In this document: in pieces, positions 17,366 through 26,179 of the stretch | How positions within the stretch are numbered: position 1 is the first letter of the stretch | How the letters are laid out: each line of letters begins with the position of its first letter | Origin: a virus | Lineage: Duplodnaviria > Caudoviricetes | Length of the DNA stretch: 61,046 nucleotides | Strand: one strand, 5' to 3' | IMG/VR virus record: IMGVR_UViG_3300042988_000595 | Span: 1-61,046 of that record | The notes under the pieces: model-generated | What the model was told of the DNA's origin: nothing | Database searches by the model: none | Seen by the model: only the letters and a program-made list of their open reading frames with translations | Program-made: the position numbers and the translations under genes

Positions 17366-18814
17366 ATGGCGATTGCATCAGACTTTACAATTAGCGCAGG
17401 CGGCAACATCCGCCACGTTTCAGGCACCACCGTCTATACGGTTCTCGACCTGCACCAATGGCTTCAGGACTTGGCTGACGACGGCAGTATCTCTGTCTCA
17501 GGCGATGATGTTTCCATCCTGTCGGCCAACCCGTCTAAGCTGGACGGCCCACGTTCAGCCATCAAGCCGATGCTGCTTAACCTGCTCAACGGGTTCAACA
17601 TCGACGACGACGCAGCTAAGTACATCAACTTCGGCTCGATCCAACAAGACGGCACGAACGTCCTCTACACCGGCCTGAAGTCAATCGGTTCTCCGCTGGT
17701 TGCTGGCTCTCCAATGTACGTCGTGCAAAACAACGCCAAGCTGACAAGCTACTGGCCTGCCGGTCACATTCAGATCATGGTCAAGTGTAAGACCGCTGGC
17801 GCACTGATCGACAACGGCGACGTTCGTGTTTATTCTCGCAAGTACGGCCAGACTTACGGCGACTTCGCGGCAAACCTTGTGGCCGGTGGTGAGCAGCCAG
17901 CCGCTATCTCGACTGCCGTGACCGACTGGACTCCGCTGAATCTGGCGTCCGCGCTGGCGCTGAATACGAAGGTTGCAATCACCACGGGTTCGCACTTCAA
18001 GGACACGGGCGACGGTAACGGCAGCAAGGAATACAAAGGTACGATCACCCTGTCTGGCGGATGCACGATTGCCGAAGCTGCTCAGTATTGCCAAGCGATC
18101 TGCGACGAGTCTTCAACGACTACGGTTGATGGTGTTCTTGGCTGGAAATTCCGCTCACTTGGCGACGGTGCGTATGGCTACACCCCGAACGGTGCTGCTC
18201 CTTTTGGTACGGTGGCCGGTGGTAAGTGGTTCGTTGCGCAGGGTTGGTATATCGCTGGCGCACTGGCTGGCGATCTTCAGAAGTACCAGATGGTTTCCCA
18301 TGACGGCACCACGATCACCAACCCAGTGGTTGCGGGTATCACCATCGGCGGCTTGACGGTCGGTGCGCGTGTTCTTGTTGGTCGCAGTGCAGCGACGGCC
18401 TCTGGCTTCCTCGATAACGAGTACACGCTGAACGGCGCGACGACTTCGGGCGGCAACACCTGCGTTGTCAATGAGGCGATCAAGGCCGACACCCCGCCGA
18501 CAGGTTATCTGCGTGTCAATGGCGTGCCGTACAGCTACACCTCAGTCAATGCAGGTACAAAGACCTTCACCATCAGCGGCACTTGGGGCCAAGTTCACGC
18601 CAACGCTTCGCCTGCATGGGTTCCGTTCATCGACAAGGTTGCGGCAAGTACCAGCGAATCCAGCACGAACTACACCTACGCATCTGACTTTACGGCGCGT
18701 CTGAAGGTTCGCAAAGGCACAGCCGGCTCTTCGCTTCAGCCGTTTGAAACCACATTCACTGCGAGTTCCAGTGCAACCAACGGAACGAACAGTATAGCCA
18801 CGCCGGATGAATGA
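17366..18814 (+). CDS. Putative virion appendage protein
   Basis: Beta-rich. N-domain resembles 19564, C-module resembles 14764. Confidence 0.55.
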   Translation: MAIASDFTISAGGNIRHVSGTTVYTVLDLHQWLQDLADDGSISVSGDDVSILSANPSKLDGPRSAIKPMLLNLLNGFNIDDDAAKYINFGSIQQDGTNVLYTGLKSIGSPLVAGSPMYVVQNNAKLTSYWPAGHIQIMVKCKTAGALIDNGDVRVYSRKYGQTYGDFAANLVAGGEQPAAISTAVTDWTPLNLASALALNTKVAITTGSHFKDTGDGNGSKEYKGTITLSGGCTIAEAAQYCQAICDESSTTTVDGVLGWKFRSLGDGAYGYTPNGAAPFGTVAGGKWFVAQGWYIAGALAGDLQKYQMVSHDGTTITNPVVAGITIGGLTVGARVLVGRSAATASGFLDNEYTLNGATTSGGNTCVVNEAIKADTPPTGYLRVNGVPYSYTSVNAGTKTFTISGTWGQVHANASPAWVPFIDKVAASTSESSTNYTYASDFTARLKVRKGTAGSSLQPFETTFTASSSATNGTNSIATPDE

Positions 18815-18823
18815 CATTAGAAT

Positions 18824-19567
18824 ATGTCCATGCTTAGCTCATCCGGTATCTATGTGATAACAAATCTAGTGAACGGTAAGCGCTATTACGGTAGCGCTGC
18901 CAAGTTCAGCACTAGGTTTTCTGTTCACAAGTATTACTTAAACAAAGGGACTAGCCGATCTACTAAGCTGCAAAACGCTTGGAATAAATACGGTGAGTCA
19001 TCGTTTGAATTCACTCCAATGTTTGTATGCGCCAAGAGCGACTTGCTTATGTATGAGCAGCGTGTTCTCGATGCGTTTGATGCAGTTAATACTGGGTACA
19101 ACATATGCTCAACGGCTGGTAGTGCGCTTGGAGTTAAGCGTCGTCCTGAGTCGATTGCAAAAACGCGAGCTGCACACATAGGTAGGAAGTACCCTGAAGA
19201 TGTACGCAAGAGAATGGGTGCTGCTAATCTTGGGAAGAAACTGTCTGAAGATCATGTCGCAAAAGTTGTTGCGCGAACGAAGGGCTTGAAACGTGATGAT
19301 GAGTTTCGTCGCAAGCTATCAGAGCGCAGCAAAGGTAAGCGGCACTCTGATGAAACAAAGGAAAAGCAGCGTCAAGCGGCGTTAAACAGAGACTCAGCTA
19401 GAGGCGAAAAAAATGTGAACGCAAAAATGAATCCTGATCGCGTAAGACACATTCGTGATTTGCATTCAAAAGGAGTCGCATTGACAGAAATCGGTCGAGA
19501 GGTCGGTCTACATCCGTCAACGGTTGCTGATATTGCATACCGCAAAACTTGGAGGCATGTGGTATGA
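18824..19567 (+). CDS. GIY-YIG homing endonuclease with NUMOD3-like repeats and C-terminal HTH
   Basis: SGIYVITNLVNGKRYYGSA, LQNAWNKYG, GYN, HSDETKEK. Confidence 0.9.
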   Translation: MSMLSSSGIYVITNLVNGKRYYGSAAKFSTRFSVHKYYLNKGTSRSTKLQNAWNKYGESSFEFTPMFVCAKSDLLMYEQRVLDAFDAVNTGYNICSTAGSALGVKRRPESIAKTRAAHIGRKYPEDVRKRMGAANLGKKLSEDHVAKVVARTKGLKRDDEFRRKLSERSKGKRHSDETKEKQRQAALNRDSARGEKNVNAKMNPDRVRHIRDLHSKGVALTEIGREVGLHPSTVADIAYRKTWRHVV

Positions 19568-20058
19568 CCATCTCAATCGACTGGCAAAATAAGCTAGTCC
19601 TCTCCACGGCCAGCATCACCGACATCGTTGCCCACCACGACACCCTACGGGAGTTTGAGGACGACGCTGTTGGGATGCTGTACCCGCCGATCATCTCCTA
19701 CAAGGTGCTTGATCTCGGCGGCGGGGCGTTCTTTTACGGTTTGGACTACATCAATGGATACCAACTGAAGTTCCCGAATCCGGGCAACTACACGGTCATC
19801 GGCAACATTGGTGCGACGATTGTTCCTGTAGATGGCGTGTTTGTTGACAGAACAAAGTCCGCTGCGTTTGCTACGGTTGCCGGTTCTGGCGGTTCTACCG
19901 GACCAACAGCAGAAGAGATTGCCGCTGCCATCCTAGCCGCTGCACAGATCACGCCTATTCATGCTAATGTGCAGAAAATGAACTCTTACGGTGTAATTGG
20001 TACGGGCCAGGCTGGTGATGACTGGAGGGCTGAGGGTGTTCCTCCGAACGTCATTTAG
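19564..20058 (+). CDS. Putative virion protein (MTISIDWQNK...)
   Basis: ATGA-coupled start with GGAGG RBS. Confidence 0.65.
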   Translation: MTISIDWQNKLVLSTASITDIVAHHDTLREFEDDAVGMLYPPIISYKVLDLGGGAFFYGLDYINGYQLKFPNPGNYTVIGNIGATIVPVDGVFVDRTKSAAFATVAGSGGSTGPTAEEIAAAILAAAQITPIHANVQKMNSYGVIGTGQAGDDWRAEGVPPNVI

Positions 20059-20488
20059 TCCGATATCATTTAGCGCCATCTCTTTCAACGGAGCATCTAC
20101 GCAGCCGGAGAAGCAAGACGGCCGTTCTGGCTACTGGCGCTTGTTCTTCCAGCAGTTACAGGAAGAGGCTGACAAGCCTAAGACCACTGAGCCGACCGAG
20201 GTTGTGACAGAAGTTGTTGCTGTCAAAACTAAGACTGCAGCTAAGCCTGTCAAGGCTAAAAAACCAGTTAAGGTTATACCGGAAGAGGTGGAGGTTGTAC
20301 CACCATTCCGACCGCTACCGATGTATGAGCGTAAGGTTGACGAGCCGACATACCTTCAAGAGATGTGGAATATCACCGCAGAACTGCGGATAATGATAAA
20401 GTCTTTGTCGGTAATCAATGATGAATTTGATATTAAGCGTCAACAGCAAGACGAAGATGATGTAGAATTATTGTTATTAATCTCATAA
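20036..20488 (+). CDS. Hypothetical protein (SF-repeat N-terminus, acidic-hydrophobic C-terminus)
   Basis: Probable GTG start at 20036 (MFLRTSFSPISFSAISF), ends DEDDVELLLLIS. Confidence 0.6.
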   Translation: MFLRTSFSPISFSAISFNGASTQPEKQDGRSGYWRLFFQQLQEEADKPKTTEPTEVVTEVVAVKTKTAAKPVKAKKPVKVIPEEVEVVPPFRPLPMYERKVDEPTYLQEMWNITAELRIMIKSLSVINDEFDIKRQQQDEDDVELLLLIS

Positions 20489-20499
20489 ACAGGTGATGT

Positions 20500-20679
20500 A
20501 TGGGCAAACTGGCACAACAACTTGGTGGCCAAAGTCAAGTTAAGGTATTCGCCAAAGGCGGATTGGTGGAGAAGAATGAGCCGAAGCGCGAAGAGCGTCG
20601 TGAAGCCAAGCTGTCTCCGAAGGCTCGTGCCAAGGTGGAACGGGTGGAAAAACACAAATGTGGCGGAAAGGTTAAGTAA
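20500..20679 (+). CDS. 59 aa basic protein carrying FAKGGLV, not in ORF track
   Basis: Translated by hand: MGKLAQQLGGQSQVKVFAKGGLVEKNEPKREERREAKLSPKARAKVERVEKHKCGGKVK. AGGTG RBS, fills the gap exactly. Confidence 0.75.
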   Translation: MGKLAQQLGGQSQVKVFAKGGLVEKNEPKREERREAKLSPKARAKVERVEKHKCGGKVK

Positions 20680-20681
20680 GC

Positions 20682-20867
20682 ATGGCACAACTCAAAGTAA
20701 CGTGGAATGACGGTTCTAAAGAGGAACTGATCGAATCGATCGATATGTCGGCCGACGAGTACAAGACGATGCGTTTTGGTACGCCAGCATCTGAAGTGAC
20801 GGTTGTTGAAGTCGTCACCAAGAAATCTTCCAAGAAGGCTGCTGCGGAAGAACCTGCTGCTGAATGA
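20682..20867 (+). CDS. Hypothetical protein
   Basis: 61 aa ORF, coupled to neighbours. Confidence 0.65.
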   Translation: MAQLKVTWNDGSKEELIESIDMSADEYKTMRFGTPASEVTVVEVVTKKSSKKAAAEEPAAE

Positions 20868-21040
20868 TTGCTCAAGTAATCAAACTCATTAAGGATGAAC
20901 AGCGCCGAGTTGCTGACGCTTCGGTGGCCTATCGACCACTATCGCACGATGAATATATCGAGCAGGTTGGTAAGTACCGTGGTCTGCAGGAAGCGCTGGA
21001 CATCATTGATGAAGTCCTCAAAGGAAACGAAGAGGATTAA
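20864..21040 (+). CDS. 58 aa helical protein (MIAQVIKLIK...YIEQVGKYRGLQEALDII), not in ORF track
   Basis: Translated by hand, ATGA overlap. Resembles the small gene that often precedes phage GroES. Confidence 0.7.
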   Translation: MIAQVIKLIKDEQRRVADASVAYRPLSHDEYIEQVGKYRGLQEALDIIDEVLKGNEED

Positions 21041-21045
21041 GATTT

Positions 21046-21101
21046 AGCCGTCCCACTCTCCGACGGGGGAGGAAGTTTGCCTCAGACTTCACGGGACGGT
21101 T
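21046..21101 (+). other. Predicted three-way-junction RNA structure upstream of groES
   Basis: P1 agccgtccc/gggacggtt, P2 ctctcc-gacg-ggggag, P3 gaagttt-gcctc-agacttc. Confidence 0.55.
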
Positions 21102-21128
21102 TTCCAGAGGCTACATTAGGAGAATCGT

Positions 21129-21536
21129 ATGATTCCTGCTTCAACGCTACAGGATGCATTTCCTGAAGTGTCCCCAGGTGTGTACCCCATGGGTGCTCGC
21201 GTTCTCGTTCAGTTACGCACTGTTCGAGAGAAGACTGCCAGCGGTATCGTGCTAGTCGAAGACACCAAGGTCTTCAATAAATCCACCACGCAGATGGCCA
21301 AAGTTGTTTGGCTGGGTCCGATCGCCTATCGCAATCGCGATAACGGTAATCAGTGGCCAGAGGGTGTGTGGTGCCGCCCAGGTGAGTACGTTCGTATCCC
21401 TAAGTTTGGCGGGGACCGTTTCGAGCGGAAAATCCCAGGGACCGAAGATACCGCTGTATTTTGTATTTTCTCAGACCACGAGATCATCGCTAAGGTTGAC
21501 CCTGACGCGTATGAAGAACTCGATGAAATTCTTTAA
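21129..21536 (+). CDS. groES: GroES-like co-chaperonin
   Basis: PMGARVLVQ, KTASGIVL, VVWLGP motifs, located in the head module. Confidence 0.85.
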   Translation: MIPASTLQDAFPEVSPGVYPMGARVLVQLRTVREKTASGIVLVEDTKVFNKSTTQMAKVVWLGPIAYRNRDNGNQWPEGVWCRPGEYVRIPKFGGDRFERKIPGTEDTAVFCIFSDHEIIAKVDPDAYEELDEIL

Positions 21537-21547
21537 GGAGAGCAACG

Positions 21548-22519
21548 ATGGCAGAACAAGACATTGAAGTCGATTTGGAGTCCGGCGAAGAGATTAAATC
21601 TCAAGCACCCGAGGCGGATCACGAGGACGCCGAAGATCACGGGTCCGAGCAAGATTACCAAGAGGGTGATACTTCTGATGAAGACGAGCGTGCCGCAAAG
21701 TCTTCCGATGACTCCGAACTCGATGATGCTGAAGATGACAATGAACGTGAAGCAATTCGCGAACGTCGTCGTAAAGATCGCATCCGCAAGAAGCAGGCTC
21801 AGAAAGAGCGCGAAGACACCATGCGCCGAGAGTTGGCTGCACGGGACTCCGTCATCAATGAGCTCCGCGCCAAGATGGATGCGATTGAGCGCCGTAACTC
21901 CGGTTCAGAAGTAGCCCAGCTGGAGAACGCCAAGAAGCAGACCGCCCAAGCCTACGCACATTTCAAGGATCAAATCCGTATTGCCACCGAAGCTGGTAAC
22001 GGTATGGCTGTCGCCGATGCGACCGAAAAAATGATGCAGGCTCAGCGGAAGTTTGACGAGCTCACCTCTTATGAGAAGGCGATCAAGCAGCGTCAGGCTC
22101 AACCGCAACCGCTCGACCCTCGTCTGGTCAACCATGCACAACAGTGGATGGAGCGCAATAAGTGGTATGACCCGTCAGGTAAGGACGAAGATTCCCACAT
22201 TACGTTGACCATGGACCAGCGTCTTGCTCAAGAGGGTTGGGACCCGACGACGCCTGAATATTGGGAAGAATTGCAAAACCGTGTTAAAAAATACTTGCCA
22301 CATCGTGTAGTTAGTGGTAATGTCAAAAGTACCAAACCGAAGTCTGTTGTATCGGGGTCTGGGCGCGAGTCTGGGTCAGGTGCTAGTAGTACGGCGTCTT
22401 ACAAACTTTCATCCGAACGAGTGCAAGCTCTCAAAGATGCAGGAATCTGGGATGACCCGAAACAACGTGCCGACGCAGTTAAGCGTTTCCGCGATTACGA
22501 TAAACAAAACCAAGGTTAA
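21548..22519 (+). CDS. Putative capsid scaffolding protein
   Basis: Acidic N-terminus, long coiled coil, position upstream of the capsid genes. Confidence 0.65.
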   Translation: MAEQDIEVDLESGEEIKSQAPEADHEDAEDHGSEQDYQEGDTSDEDERAAKSSDDSELDDAEDDNEREAIRERRRKDRIRKKQAQKEREDTMRRELAARDSVINELRAKMDAIERRNSGSEVAQLENAKKQTAQAYAHFKDQIRIATEAGNGMAVADATEKMMQAQRKFDELTSYEKAIKQRQAQPQPLDPRLVNHAQQWMERNKWYDPSGKDEDSHITLTMDQRLAQEGWDPTTPEYWEELQNRVKKYLPHRVVSGNVKSTKPKSVVSGSGRESGSGASSTASYKLSSERVQALKDAGIWDDPKQRADAVKRFRDYDKQNQG

Positions 22520-22534
22520 TAGGAGCGATCTGTT

Positions 22535-23089
22535 ATGAGTGAAGGTAAATTTTCCGGTGCTGATGAGCGACTGAAGAAGTCTGCTGGTGCACAATCCCGC
22601 GAAGATCGCGCAACGGCTGACGCCGATCGTAAACTTAAAGATGGTACCTCTCTGACGATTGAAGAGCGCCGCCGCATGATGCGCTCTGAGTGGAATCAAG
22701 AAGTACTGCCTACACCTCCTGCTACCCCAGGCTGGCACTATTGCTGGCTCTCTACGACTAGCAGCGCTGACCCAATTTACAAGCGCGTGCAGAAGGGTTA
22801 TGAACCCGTTAAAGTCTCCGAGATTCCAGGTTTTGCTCAGTACAGTGTGACGCAAGGGGAATTTGAAGGTTGCATCGCTTGCAACGAAATGGTGCTTTTC
22901 AAGCTGCCGGAAGAACTGTATCAGGACTATATGTCGTACCTGCATCACGAGCTGCCGAATGATGAAGAGACCATGTTGAAGGCAAATGCAGCTGTTCAAG
23001 GACAAGACAGCGATGGGCGCGAGCTGGGTCAGACTGAAGGTTTCGACAGTTTGGCACGCAAGACCCGTCAACCACATTTCGCTTCATAA
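22535..23089 (+). CDS. Conserved head-module protein
   Basis: PGWHYCWL...GYEPV...MVLFKLPEE pattern, AGGAG RBS. Confidence 0.6.
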   Translation: MSEGKFSGADERLKKSAGAQSREDRATADADRKLKDGTSLTIEERRRMMRSEWNQEVLPTPPATPGWHYCWLSTTSSADPIYKRVQKGYEPVKVSEIPGFAQYSVTQGEFEGCIACNEMVLFKLPEELYQDYMSYLHHELPNDEETMLKANAAVQGQDSDGRELGQTEGFDSLARKTRQPHFAS

Positions 23090-23100
23090 GGAATTAACAA

Positions 23101-23670
23101 ATGGCTCTTACCGCCTCTCCTTCTGGCCTGGTACTGCGTAACAACGCCACCGGTCAGTCCCGCGCCAATCAGTACACGATTGGTTCTGGTTACGCCTCCG
23201 CTATCGGTTACGGTGATGCAGTTCTGCTGAACACCGATGGTACCCTCAACATCGCTACCGCTGGTGCAGACATCCTCGGCGTTTTCGCCGGTTGTGAATA
23301 CATCGACGCTTCTGGTAAGCCGACTGTTTCCAAGAACTGGGTTGCTGGCACCGTTGCCACGCAAGTCAAAGCCTACGTCTATGACGACGCTGACAACCTG
23401 TTCGAAGTTCAAGTTGGTGCCACCGGTACCGGCTACGTTCAGACCGCCATCGGCGCTCAGGCTAACCTCGTGTTCGCTGCTCCGAATTCTGCTACTGGCC
23501 AGTCTACCAGCTACCTGAATGCCACCCTGATCGCTGCTGCCTCTCAAGGTCAGTTCCGTATCGTGGGCTTCGGCGCTGATGGTTTCTACGATGCCACGAA
23601 CAACCCGTTCCCGACTGTTTTGGTGAAGATTGCTCAACACCAGTTCATCGCTAACAAAGTAGCCATCTAA
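23101..23670 (+). CDS. Putative capsid decoration/minor capsid protein
   Basis: Ala/Gly/Thr-rich, strongly biased codons, directly before the major capsid gene. Confidence 0.6.
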   Translation: MALTASPSGLVLRNNATGQSRANQYTIGSGYASAIGYGDAVLLNTDGTLNIATAGADILGVFAGCEYIDASGKPTVSKNWVAGTVATQVKAYVYDDADNLFEVQVGATGTGYVQTAIGAQANLVFAAPNSATGQSTSYLNATLIAAASQGQFRIVGFGADGFYDATNNPFPTVLVKIAQHQFIANKVAI

Positions 23671-23683
23671 GGAGTAATGTAAA

Positions 23684-24589
23684 ATGGCCGGTGCAATTCT
23701 TCGCAGTACCCAGTTCCGCTCGATCGTCGAGCCGATCCTCAACCAGTCCTTCGATGGTGTTTACGACCAGCGCAAAGACGAATACAAGGCTATCTTCTCG
23801 GAAGAGAACGGTACGCCGCGTGCTTACCATGAAGAAGTCGTCCTGCACGGTTTCGGTGCTGCTCCGGTTCTGCCGGACGGTCAGGCCGTTACGTATGACG
23901 AAGGTGGTCAGCTGTACGTCAAGCGTTACACCTACGACGTCTACGGTCTGGCTTTCGCCCTGACCAAAGTGTTGGTTGAAGACGGTGACCATATCCGTAT
24001 CGGTTCCACCTTCTCCAAGCACCTCGCTCAGTCTATGACCGAGACGCTGGAAACCGTTTGTGCTAACCACATGAACCGTGCTTTCAACAGCAACTACAAG
24101 GGTGGTGACGCAGTTGAACTGATCTCCAACGCTCACCCTGTCGTCGGTGGCACCCAGTCCAACCTTCTGACCTCTGCTGCTCTGTCGCAGACCTCTCTGG
24201 AACAAGCTGTTACCCAGATTCGTCAAGCCCAGGACGCTCGCGGTAAGAAGATTCGCCTGACGCCGCAGAAGCTGGTCGTTCACCCAGGTAACATGATTCA
24301 GTCCGAAGTTCTGTTGAAGTCCGTCCTCCGTGCCGGTACCAACAACAACGACCTGAACGTGTTGAAGAACCTGAACCTTGAGCCGGTTGTTCTGTCTCGT
24401 TTGACCTCTGCTAACGCATGGTTCATCCAGACTGATGCACGCGACGGTATGAAGGTTCTCTGGCGTCGTAAGCTGGAAAAGGCTATGGAAGGCGACTTCG
24501 AGACCGATTCCGTCCGCTACAAGTCCACCATGCGTTTCGGCTCCGGCTGGACCGAATGGCGCAACATGTTTGGCAATTCTGGAAACTGA
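23684..24589 (+). CDS. Major capsid protein
   Basis: EEVVLHGFGAAP, YGLAFALT, LAQSMTETLE, GGDAVELISNAHP, GDFETDSVRYK...GWTEWR motifs and strong codon bias. Confidence 0.88.
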   Translation: MAGAILRSTQFRSIVEPILNQSFDGVYDQRKDEYKAIFSEENGTPRAYHEEVVLHGFGAAPVLPDGQAVTYDEGGQLYVKRYTYDVYGLAFALTKVLVEDGDHIRIGSTFSKHLAQSMTETLETVCANHMNRAFNSNYKGGDAVELISNAHPVVGGTQSNLLTSAALSQTSLEQAVTQIRQAQDARGKKIRLTPQKLVVHPGNMIQSEVLLKSVLRAGTNNNDLNVLKNLNLEPVVLSRLTSANAWFIQTDARDGMKVLWRRKLEKAMEGDFETDSVRYKSTMRFGSGWTEWRNMFGNSGN

Positions 24590-24656
24590 AATTACTAGAC
24601 ATTCTGTCCAGTAAGTGATAGAGTCCCCTTCACGTTAACTCTGAAGGGGATTTTTA

Positions 24657-25367
24657 ATGTCCAACATACCTGTCGGTAAAAAATGCTGCATTCATAATTG
24701 CACCAAGATTGCAGTATCAAAAGGTTTGTGCGATACACATCGAAAACGCGTCCAAAGGCACGGTAGTGCTGATGATTCTTTCGGACTTCAAAAGATAGCG
24801 GGTTATGCAAAAATAACGTCTCACCCGTTATACCAGTCATGGAGAAATATGGAGCGCACAGATTCTGGTGCGGCGTTATCTGAACGGTGGAAGAAATTTT
24901 CAAATTTTGTAGAAGATATTGGTTCGAAGCCTGATGGAGATTTCAATCTCGCACGGGTTGATACCACCAAACCTTTTTCTGCAGACAACTGTTATTGGAA
25001 ACCCATTACTCGTGGTACACCAGGGGCTGAACACAAAAAAGTTTATATGCGAGAATGGCAGCGCAATGCGAGATTAAATAACCCTGACTATCATAGAAAC
25101 TCGAATTTGAAGAAGACATACGGTATCACCTTAGATGATTACAACCGTATGCTATCCGAGCAAAATGGGTTGTGCAAAATATGTGGTAGACCAGAGAGAC
25201 GGGTTACAAGGGACGGCAAAGTTATGAATCTACACGTAGACCACTGCCATTCTTCAAACAAAGTGCGCGGCCTTCTGTGTCACCATTGCAATGTAGCACT
25301 TGGATCATTCGACGACTCGATTGAACTTTTACAGTCTGCCATCGATTACTTGAACAAAAACACCTAG
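24657..25367 (+). CDS. Endonuclease VII-type HNH homing endonuclease
   Basis: YGITLDDYNRML..QNGLCKICG...LHVDHCH...VRGLLCHHCNVALG. AT-richer than neighbours. Confidence 0.9.
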   Translation: MSNIPVGKKCCIHNCTKIAVSKGLCDTHRKRVQRHGSADDSFGLQKIAGYAKITSHPLYQSWRNMERTDSGAALSERWKKFSNFVEDIGSKPDGDFNLARVDTTKPFSADNCYWKPITRGTPGAEHKKVYMREWQRNARLNNPDYHRNSNLKKTYGITLDDYNRMLSEQNGLCKICGRPERRVTRDGKVMNLHVDHCHSSNKVRGLLCHHCNVALGSFDDSIELLQSAIDYLNKNT

Positions 25368-25419
25368 TTGTGGTAGGATCAAGATGCGCATCATTTTAAT
25401 CTCATAAGGAGTGCAGTAT

Positions 25420-25854
25420 ATGGCAACGTATTTTCAAGGCGCAGTAAAGTCCGGCGACAATTTCTCTGAATTGCCGTCTGGCGTCGGTGTTGGTACCGCT
25501 GTATTTACCCAGACCGTAACCCTGCAAGCTGCTACCGCAGCGAACGTGGATGCTTCTTTCCTGATCCCGAAGGGTGCTCGCATTCTCGGTTTCAACGCTG
25601 ATTCCAGCGTTGCATGGACGGCAACCACTGCTTCTCTGACTGTCGGTCAGTCTGCTGGTGGTACTGAGTATGTCACCGGTTTCGACGTCAAGACGATTAC
25701 CCGTGGCCCGACGGCTGCTTACACTGCGGCTCAGTTGGGTGCGATGGACAACGTTGGTGCAAACACCACGGTTTATGTCCGCGTGGCTTCTACCGGTGCT
25801 AACGCTACCGGTACGACGAAGGTGACCATCCAGTACACTGGTGGTTCGTTCTAA
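25420..25854 (+). CDS. Putative capsid-associated virion protein
   Basis: Start ATG at 25420 after AAGGAG. Beta-rich, biased codons. Confidence 0.6.
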   Translation: MATYFQGAVKSGDNFSELPSGVGVGTAVFTQTVTLQAATAANVDASFLIPKGARILGFNADSSVAWTATTASLTVGQSAGGTEYVTGFDVKTITRGPTAAYTAAQLGAMDNVGANTTVYVRVASTGANATGTTKVTIQYTGGSF

Positions 25855-25866
25855 GTTGTAATACAA

Positions 25867-25889
25867 GCGGGGGCTTCGGCCCCTGTTTT
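25867..25889 (+). terminator. Terminator with cUUCGg tetraloop
   Basis: gcgggggc-ttcg-gcccctgt-ttt at the end of the capsid operon. Confidence 0.75.
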
Positions 25890-25906
25890 AGCTTGAGGTT
25901 TCAAAA

Positions 25907-26164
25907 ATGGCATATCGTCAAGTAGATGCAACAATTTCAGCTTCCAAAGGGAAGGCTGTTACGAATTCCGACGCCACCGTGATCGAATGTACGCGTGGTC
26001 TTTATACCGGCTCTGGCGGTGACATCAAGGTCACCTTCGCCCTTCAAACCGATGCTGAAGCCGTGGTATTATCTGGTGTCGCTGGTGGTATCGTTCTGCC
26101 GGTCCAGGTTACTAAAGTTTGGGCAACAGGTACTGTTGCTACGGGTATCGTCGCGTTTTACTGA
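25907..26164 (+). CDS. Small virion protein (fibre/spike base candidate)
   Basis: RGLYTGSGGDIKV...VLPVQVTKVWATGT. Confidence 0.6.
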   Translation: MAYRQVDATISASKGKAVTNSDATVIECTRGLYTGSGGDIKVTFALQTDAEAVVLSGVAGGIVLPVQVTKVWATGTVATGIVAFY

Positions 26165-26179
26165 TTCAGGAGTACCGCT

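Noticed and set aside
20522-20710. ORF-track 62 aa call
   Set aside because: The alternative frame 20500-20679 has an ATG, an RBS, a clean fit between neighbours and the GG motif.
21046-21101. tRNA or hammerhead ribozyme
   Set aside because: No T-loop GTTC, no four-arm cloverleaf and no CUGANGA/GAAA core.
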